Source: an uncultured Chloroflexia bacterium (GTDB lineage: Bacteria > Chloroflexota > Dehalococcoidia > DSTF01 > JALHUB01). Taken from it: a stretch of DNA of 64,000 nt. The position numbers and the translations under genes are program-made. The notes under the pieces were generated by a model. It saw only the letters and a program-made list of their open reading frames with translations. It ran no database searches and was not told the origin of the DNA. The DNA is taken from contig OY969814.1 in NCBI GenBank assembly GCA_963703345.1, positions 1,696,001 through 1,760,000 of the forward strand, written 5' to 3'. Shown one piece after another: positions 58,893-64,000 of this stretch (its first letter is position 1; the number at the start of each line of letters is the position of its first letter).

Positions 58893-60197
58893 CTAGGCGG
58901 ACTCTTCTTCGGGTGGTTCTATCGCCTCGACGGTCTGGCCGGACTCGGTGATCATCACCGGCCGCTTGTGCCCGCTGATCGTCTCGCCGCCGACGACGCA
59001 TTTCTTGATGTCGCCGCGCGAGGGAATCTCGTACATTACGTCGAGCAGCGTGTCTTCGAGGACGGTGCGCAGGCCACGGGCGCCGGTGCGGTGTCGAATG
59101 GCCTGCTCGGCGCAGGCGCCAAGCGCTTCGTCGGTGAAGACGAGCTCGACGCCGTCGAAGGCAAAGAAGCGCTGGAACTGCTTGACGAGCGCGTTTTTCG
59201 GCTCGCTAAGGATGCGCACGAGCTCCGGCTGGCCGAGCGAGCTGAGGCTCACGACCATGGGCAGGCGGCCGACGAACTCGGGGATGAGACCGTAGTGCAG
59301 GAGGTCGTCGTGCGTGGTGTGCTTGAGCAGCTCGTCGGTGAGCTCCTGGCCGGTCTTCGTCTGACGGAAGTCGGTCGTGAAGCCCATGGACTTGCGCGTC
59401 TTGCCGATGCGCTTGTCGACGACGCGCTCCAGCCCTTCGAAGGCGCCGCCGCAGATGAACAGGATGTTCGTGGTATTGATTTGGATGAAGTCCTGGTGCG
59501 GGTGCTTGCGACCGCCCTGCGGCGGCACGTTGGCGATCGTGCCCTCGATTATCTTGAGTAGCGCCTGCTGCACGCCTTCGCCGGAGACGTCGCGGGTGAT
59601 TGACGGGTTGTCGCTCTTGCGGGCGATCTTGTCGATCTCGTCGATGTAGACGATGCCGCGTTCGGCCCGCTGGATGTCGTAGTCCGACGACTGGATGAGG
59701 TGCAGGAGGATGTTCTCGACGTCCTCACCGACGTAGCCGGCCTCGGTCAGGGCCGTGGCGTCGGCTATGGTGAAGGGGACGTCGAGGATGCGCGCCAGCG
59801 TGCGGGCAAGGAGCGTCTTGCCGGTGCCGGTGGGCCCGACGAGCAGGATGTTCGTCTTCTCCAACTCGACGCCGTCTACCGCCGTCTGGCGGGCGGCGCC
59901 GATGCGCTTGTAGTGGTTGTAGACGGCAACGCTGAGGACTTTCTTGGCCTGCTCCTGCCCTATCACCCACTCGCCTAGCTGGTCATAGATGAATTTGGGC
60001 GGCGGTACGCGTTGCGCCTTTGTTTTCGCCTTTACGGGACCGGCGACCTCTTCGTCGATGATCTCGCGGCAGAGCTCGACGCATTCGTCACAGATGTAGA
60101 CGGCGCCGGGCCCGGCGATGAGGCGTTTTACTTGATCTTGGTTTTTTCCACAGAAGGAGCAGTGATACTGTACTCTGCTGCTCCGGCCAGTCGGCAT
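58893..60197 (-). CDS. clpX: ATP-dependent Clp protease ATPase ClpX
   Basis: CSFCGK zinc finger, [34 protein letters not shown]. Confidence 0.98.
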   Translation of the reverse strand: MPTGRSSRVQYHCSFCGKNQDQVKRLIAGPGAVYICDECVELCREIIDEEVAGPVKAKTKAQRVPPPKFIYDQLGEWVIGQEQAKKVLSVAVYNHYKRIGAARQTAVDGVELEKTNILLVGPTGTGKTLLARTLARILDVPFTIADATALTEAGYVGEDVENILLHLIQSSDYDIQRAERGIVYIDEIDKIARKSDNPSITRDVSGEGVQQALLKIIEGTIANVPPQGGRKHPHQDFIQINTTNILFICGGAFEGLERVVDKRIGKTRKSMGFTTDFRQTKTGQELTDELLKHTTHDDLLHYGLIPEFVGRLPMVVSLSSLGQPELVRILSEPKNALVKQFQRFFAFDGVELVFTDEALGACAEQAIRHRTGARGLRTVLEDTLLDVMYEIPSRGDIKKCVVGGETISGHKRPVMITESGQTVEAIEPPEEESA

Positions 60198-60246
60198 TTT
60201 CGACCTCGTATTCGCGACCTATGGGGCCGCGTCCAACCACTCAAAC

Positions 60247-60843
60247 CTAAAGCGGTGGTTTCTCCAGAATCTCGTCAACGATACCATACTCTTTCGCCTG
60301 CTGGGCATCCATGAAGAAGTCGCGGTCGGAGTCGCGGGCGATTCGCTCGGTCGACTGTCCAGTGTGCTTCGACAGGATGTCGCGGATGATCTGCTGCTCG
60401 CGCAGGATCTCCTTGGCGTGAATCTCAATGTCCGCGGCCTGACCGCGCACGCCGCCGGCCGCCTGGTGCATGTGAATCGTTGAGTTCGGCAGGGCGTAGC
60501 GCTTGCCGGGTTTGCCAGCGGCCAGGAGTATGGTCGCAAAGCTGGCCGACATGCCGACGCAGATGGTCGACACGTCAGGTCGAACGAGCTGCATGGTGTC
60601 GTAGATCGCCAGTCCGGCGGGCACGACGCCTCCAGGCGAATGGATGTACATGCTGACGTCGCGGTCCGGGTCTTCGCGCTCCAAATAGAGGAGCTGGGCG
60701 ATCATCAGGTTGGCGATCTGGTCGTCGATGGGCGTACCGAGGAAGATGATCCGCTCCTTGAGGAGGAGGGAGTAGATATCGAAGGCACGTTCGCCACGGG
60801 CGCCGCTCTCGATTACCATGGGTATCAGACTGTCGATTCTCAT
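60247..60843 (-). CDS. clpP: Clp protease proteolytic subunit
   Basis: [31 protein letters not shown]. Confidence 0.97.
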   Translation of the reverse strand: MRIDSLIPMVIESGARGERAFDIYSLLLKERIIFLGTPIDDQIANLMIAQLLYLEREDPDRDVSMYIHSPGGVVPAGLAIYDTMQLVRPDVSTICVGMSASFATILLAAGKPGKRYALPNSTIHMHQAAGGVRGQAADIEIHAKEILREQQIIRDILSKHTGQSTERIARDSDRDFFMDAQQAKEYGIVDEILEKPPL

Positions 60844-60922
60844 GCTTTTGCTCCTAGGGGCCCTGGGTGCGAGGCGGCATTCGTAACTTCAAACGTCGGG
60901 AGTGCAGCCATCATTACAGGGC

Positions 60923-62251
60923 TCATTCGCTATCCGTTTCTTCGGCCTGGTTGCTCTCCTCCGCTGTCTCGGGCGTTTTGTCGCTGGAGACGAGCTCGAC
61001 GAGTGTGTCCCAGGTCTTTCGCGTGAGAAGGGACCGTCGAATGGCATCGCGGCCGTCAGGGGTCCCGAACATTCGCCGGAACTGGTCGGCCTGCGTTCCC
61101 GCAGCAGAGATCACTCGCTCTGCCTCCTCGGTGACTTCTTTTTCATCGACGTCTATATTTTCGACTTCGGCCACCTGGGACAACAGTAGTGAATGTCTAA
61201 CTCTGCGCTCCGCAGTCTCACGCAACTGCCTGCGCAGCTCTTCTTCAGATTTGCCGATGCGCTGGAGGTACTGCTCCATGCCGCTCTCGCCGCGAGGGCC
61301 GAGCTGCTCGCGCAGGAGGTGGTCTATCTCCTTGTCCAGAAGGACCGGCGGGTATTCGATCTGCGCCGACTCGGCCATGGTGATGAGTATCTGCTCCTGG
61401 TAGCGCTCCAGCTCCGCCTGTTCTTCGGCCTTGCGCAGGTCGTCGGCGAGGCGCTGGCGCAGGGCGGCGATGCTATCGAATCCCTCGCCCACCTGGCGGG
61501 CAAAGACGACGTCGAGCTCGGGAAGCTGCTCTTCCTTCACTTCGCGGACGGCGACGCGGCAGTGACACTGTTTGGCGCCAAGCTTGCGCTCCGGGAAATC
61601 GGCGGGAAGCGGTAGCTCGACTTCCTTCTCGGCACCCTTGTTCAGTCCAACGATCTCTTCGGCGAGGCCAGGCAGGAAGACGGGGCGGTCCTTCTGAAGC
61701 TGGAACTCGATGTCTGAGCGGTCGAAGAGGGCGCGGCCGTCGACGGCGCCTTTCACGTCCGCGGTGATGACATCGCCCCAATCGGCGGGCCGCGTCACGG
61801 GCTGGAGGTTGGCGTAACGATGGCGAAGCTGGTCGAGCGCCTCGTCGACGCGCTCTTCGGGCACGACAACGGGGTCGCGCGGGAGCCACATCCGGTGGTA
61901 GTCGCCGAGCTCAACGGTTGGGCGAATGGGGACGGTCGCTTTCATTACGAGCGGATCCGTGCTGACCATTTCGACCTGCGGGAGCTCGATAGCGTCGATG
62001 TCCTCCTGCTCGATGGCTTCGCGATAGACCTCGGGAATGAGGCGATCGAGCGCTTCCTGAAGGAGCGTGTCATGGCCGACCTGGCGTTCGAGCATTGAGC
62101 GCGGGGCTTTGCCGCGCCGGAAGCCGGGCACGTTGGTGCGCTGGACCATACGCCGGTAAGCCGCGTCGAGCGACTTTTCGAGCCGCTCAGGCTCTACCTC
62201 AATCTCCAGCACAACTTGGCTCTGGGGAATGCGTTCCGTGGAAACCTTCAC
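60923..62251 (-). CDS. tig: Trigger factor
   Basis: VPGFRRGKAP signature, FKBP-like middle domain, precedes clpPX; TGcTATAAT upstream. Confidence 0.95.
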   Translation of the reverse strand: MKVSTERIPQSQVVLEIEVEPERLEKSLDAAYRRMVQRTNVPGFRRGKAPRSMLERQVGHDTLLQEALDRLIPEVYREAIEQEDIDAIELPQVEMVSTDPLVMKATVPIRPTVELGDYHRMWLPRDPVVVPEERVDEALDQLRHRYANLQPVTRPADWGDVITADVKGAVDGRALFDRSDIEFQLQKDRPVFLPGLAEEIVGLNKGAEKEVELPLPADFPERKLGAKQCHCRVAVREVKEEQLPELDVVFARQVGEGFDSIAALRQRLADDLRKAEEQAELERYQEQILITMAESAQIEYPPVLLDKEIDHLLREQLGPRGESGMEQYLQRIGKSEEELRRQLRETAERRVRHSLLLSQVAEVENIDVDEKEVTEEAERVISAAGTQADQFRRMFGTPDGRDAIRRSLLTRKTWDTLVELVSSDKTPETAEESNQAEETDSE

Positions 62252-62387
62252 TTAGACCTCGGAATCCAATTATAGCATGCGGTGAGAGGGTAGGGAAGCT
62301 GGTGGCAGTTCCGCGCGCGGACTGACGCCAGGCCGCCGCAAGCCGGGGGCTCGGCCAGCGACCGCGAGGGCAAATCCGAGGCTAGCC

Positions 62388-63065
62388 CTACTGGTCAGCG
62401 CAGAAGAGGACCTCGACGCCCGACGGGTCGCTCTGGAAGCGCAGCCACTCGACGCTCTGGTCGGCGGGCAACTCGAAGCCGAGAACGCCCTGCGCCGTCG
62501 CCCCTACGCTGATGTTCTCGAGGAAACTCCCGTCCGTCGCGCCGACGGCGTCCAGGTTCTTGGGGAAATACTCCTTCCCGTCCCAGGTGTGGAGGCGAAC
62601 GTTGAGCGCCTCAAGGTCGGCGTGGCCGGTGTTCTCGGCCGTCACCCCGATGGCGACGTAGCGTTTGCCGGAGGGAGCAGCGCCGTCGTCCGAAGAAGGA
62701 ATCGCGGGATCTTTGATTGTCCTGATGGTCACCTGGGTGCCGACAGATTCGTTGTTTATCTGCCCCGACGAGGAACCCGCCGCATACAATGCCTCGATTG
62801 CACTCATCGACGTGCCGCCTCTCACAACTCCAACGACATCGAAAAGAACCACGCACGAAGCCATAGCGGCGACGTAGATGAAGGCCAGGATCAGGGCGGC
62901 AAGCAGGATGGCGCGGACCATTGCGCTGACCCTGCCGGCGTTGGGATCGATATGCGTCAGGCGGTCGAGGATGGTCTCCCGCTTGTCGCGGTACTCTTCC
63001 TCCGATATCGTCCCGCTTGTTCGCAGCTCCTCCAGCGCGCGCAGCCGTTTCGTTATGTCTGGCAT
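62388..63065 (-). CDS. Membrane protein: N-terminal SHOCT domain, TM, DUF4352-like Ig domain
   Basis: RLRALEELRTSGTISEEEYRDKRETIL (SHOCT); GKRYVAIGVTAEN..GVLGFELP; GGAGG RBS; TTGACA-17-TAGCAT promoter. Confidence 0.78.
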   Translation of the reverse strand: MPDITKRLRALEELRTSGTISEEEYRDKRETILDRLTHIDPNAGRVSAMVRAILLAALILAFIYVAAMASCVVLFDVVGVVRGGTSMSAIEALYAAGSSSGQINNESVGTQVTIRTIKDPAIPSSDDGAAPSGKRYVAIGVTAENTGHADLEALNVRLHTWDGKEYFPKNLDAVGATDGSFLENISVGATAQGVLGFELPADQSVEWLRFQSDPSGVEVLFCADQ

Positions 63066-63165
63066 GTCACCTCCATGCGCCGTCGCCAGACGCGGCTATG
63101 AACCTACGACTCTGTCGTGCCGAGCCAGGTCATGCTAAGAGCAACCGGGAGGTTTGTCAAGCTAC

Positions 63166-64000
63166 CTAACGGGCGTGAGGCGTCAGAATGTCGGTGAGGG
63201 CGTCGCCGAGGAGGTTGAAGGCGAAGATGAGGGCAGCGACGACAACGCCGGGCACGAGCAGGAGGCTTGCGTGGGCGTTGAGACTCCGAATGGAGCCGCC
63301 TTCGAAAAGCATGGTCCCGAAGCTGGGCGTCGGCGGGTGGATGCCCACGCCGAACCAGCTCAGCGCTATCTCCGTGCCGGCGATGGCGCCAAGCGAAGCG
63401 GAGAAGCCGACGATTACGATGTTCGCGACGTTGGGCAGCAGATGGCGGAAGATGATCCGCCAGGTCGAGGCGCCCATGGCGCGGGCGGCGGTCACGTACT
63501 CGCTCTCGCGCAGCGCCAGCACCTGCGAGCGGATGAGCCGCGCCGGCGCGACCCAGGCGAACAGTGACAGGGCAGCGAACACGACGAAGTAGTCAGGGAA
63601 GCCGTCGATGCGCAGCCCCTTCTCGATCGCTCCCAGCCAGCCCCAGCCGCGCACGCGCTCTCCCAGCGTGGCGTTGATCATGATGAGCATCGGCAGGCCG
63701 GGCAGGGCGAAGAAGACGTCGCCGAGGCGCATTATCGCCGTGTCGACGCGCCCGCCCGCGTAGCCCGCCAGCAGGCCGAGGCCGACCGCCAGCACGAGCC
63801 CGCCGGTGACGAGTGTGCAGACCGTTATGACGACGGTCGTGCGAGAGGCCCAGATAACACGACTTAGCACGTCCCGTCCCAACTCGTCGGTGCCGAAGGG
63901 ATGCGCCAGCGAAGGGCCTTTCGTGACGTAGTCTAGGTTAGTAGCGCGGTAGCTGTGCGGGGCCACAATGGGCGCGAAGATGCCGCAGAAATAGAAGACG
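63166..64000 (-). CDS. Peptide/nickel ABC transporter permease (DppC/OppC), 5'-truncated by the window edge
   Basis: HPFGTDELGRD, EAA loop EYVTAARAMGAS, HLLPN, FNLLGDAL. Confidence 0.93.
   Translation of the reverse strand, partial: VFYFCGIFAPIVAPHSYRATNLDYVTKGPSLAHPFGTDELGRDVLSRVIWASRTTVVITVCTLVTGGLVLAVGLGLLAGYAGGRVDTAIMRLGDVFFALPGLPMLIMINATLGERVRGWGWLGAIEKGLRIDGFPDYFVVFAALSLFAWVAPARLIRSQVLALRESEYVTAARAMGASTWRIIFRHLLPNVANIVIVGFSASLGAIAGTEIALSWFGVGIHPPTPSFGTMLFEGGSIRSLNAHASLLLVPGVVVAALIFAFNLLGDALTDILTPHAR

Noticed and set aside
60247-60843. ClpP possibly inactive because of the atypical GMSASF motif
   Set aside because: The Ser, His and Asp triad positions appear retained.
62252-62387. Possible tRNA upstream of tig
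   Set aside because: No cloverleaf or T-loop GTTCGA consensus on either strand.

Overview
GC-rich bacterial chromosomal window whose gene content and order point to Chloroflexota, probably Dehalococcoidia (inference). Most of it is housekeeping: pcrA, metG-tatD-polyprenyl synthase, ybeY-dnaX-ybaB-recR-recO, argF-dacA-cdaR-der-plsY-gpsA, comEA-comEC, rph, an acyl-CoA carboxylase beta subunit, a TCA cluster (acn-mdh-fumarase facing sdhABCD), tlyA-nadK and tig-clpP-clpX. Accessory patches: (1) three or more paralogous beta-propeller lipoproteins at the left edge; (2) mscS between degenerate inverted repeats; (3) an AmmeMemoRadiSam locus; (4) a MaoC/MaoC/SDR/SDR operon whose second SDR lacks the catalytic Tyr; (5) a tandem-duplicated pair of exported glycine-rich beta-roll proteins with a self-cleaving Peptidase S74-type domain placed before a C-terminal membrane anchor, plus a Cys-rich anchored partner, the best candidate for an undescribed system; (6) an AT-richer two-gene ClpP-fold (SDH-type) protease cassette inside the TCA cluster, flanked by an 8-bp direct repeat; (7) several GTAG-type REP-like repeats, one separating two synonymously diverged copies of a NUDIX gene's 3' end. 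I recognised no rRNA, tRNA, CRISPR array, integrase or transposase. All calls come from motif recognition; no searches were run.
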